Positions 63,061 to 64,000 of a stretch of DNA of 64,000 nucleotides are shown here, piece by piece. The DNA comes from Batkoa obscura (Eukaryota). The first letter of the stretch is position 1. Each line of letters starts with the position of its first letter. The stretch is from NCBI GenBank assembly GCA_030770535.1, contig JASVEC010000025.1, positions 248,001 through 312,000 of the forward strand, read 5' to 3'. The translations under genes were made by a program, and so were the position numbers. The notes below the pieces were generated by a model, which saw only the letters and a program-made list of their open reading frames with translations, was not told where the DNA came from and ran no database searches.

Positions 63061-64000
63061 ATGTCGAGTGAATCCATAGTGTTAGAAATCGAAACTGAAT
63101 ATTATAAAGAACATAAAATCGAAAAATCAATTTCTTGGTTCAATTTTCAACATTTTACTACTAAACTAACTCAACGCATACAACAAACTAAACTAATATT
63201 AACATTAAAATGGTTCAATTTTCAATTATTCTGTTTAATAATTGGTTGGTATCTATCCTCTTCATTAACTAATAATTTAGCTAAAGTATTATTAAATACA
63301 GTTGATTCCCCAATTGCTATTACTGTTATTCAATTCTTTTTAGTAGCAATGATTGGCTTTTTGTTTTTAATATTTAATAATGATAATAAAAAGAGACAAG
63401 AGGATTTATCGGAGGTTTATGATAAGAAAGATAAAGATAAAGATAATACAGTAAAGAACAGAATCATAAATCTATTTCAATATCATCCAAGTATATTAAA
63501 AATAGCTATATCATTGGCTTTGTTTCAAATCTTCACTCATTTATTTAATTCTATGGCATTGAATTTAATACCCGTTTCTCTGGTGTTTACATTTAAAGTA
63601 AGTTTTATTTCATATGTTAAAGATTTCATTAATTAATTGAATCTCTATTTTTAGGCTTTATCACCCATTTTTACAATTGTATTTAATATGTTATTATTTC
63701 AAAAACAATACCCAACATTAATATTTCTATCCTTAATACCAATTACATTAGGAGTATTATTGTTTTGTTTAGGAGAAATTGAATTTAAATTGAACGGTTT
63801 TTTATATTCAATTATATCTTCTTTGATTTATGTATTACAAACTATTTATACTAAACATAAAATAGAAAAAAAGAATGAGTTGTCCAATTTACAAATATTA
63901 TCTTATACTTCTTTATTTTCATTCTTATTTTTAACCCCTTATTGGCTCTTAATGGAATGGTCTTTGATATTGAATTTTCAATTGAATCTGAATTTTTGTG
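63061..64000 (+). CDS. Triose-phosphate transporter family (Sly41/SLC35E-like), truncated by window end
   Basis: CLIIGWYLSSSLTNNLAK, PIAITVIQF, IPVSLVFTFK|ALSPIFT, LSLIPITLGVLL, LQTIYTK. Confidence 0.85.

Overview
Very AT-rich, intron-rich eukaryotic DNA that reads as fungal. Short GT-AG introns, a class A-like 7TM receptor family and the gene set suggest an early-diverging lineage such as Entomophthoromycotina (inference). The first ~14.5 kb is an accessory region with four tandem GPCR-like 7TM genes (two intact, two frameshifted, mosaic with one another). These are interleaved with copies of a TGT...ACA-bounded ~0.4-0.5 kb repeat, including a perfect 285-bp inverted pair, and a decayed C2H2 zinc-finger gene. 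The rest is mostly housekeeping genes: APP1, GPI8, a Ctr copper transporter, MZT1, PWP2, eIF3h, a PH/RhoGAP, NDUFA5, an alpha/beta hydrolase, LeuRS, UMP1, eIF2B-gamma, a long-chain acyl-CoA synthetase, a UPF0658-like membrane protein, an R3H protein, ERG8 and a TPT-family transporter. There is also a small secreted Cys/Gly/Phe-rich protein whose likely C-terminus sits in another frame. Intergenic DNA carries at least 11 copies of a ~98-bp MITE with 4-bp A-W-W-T target duplications and several other non-autonomous elements. No rRNA, tRNA or CRISPR was seen. All calls were made by eye without database searches, and exon boundaries are approximate.
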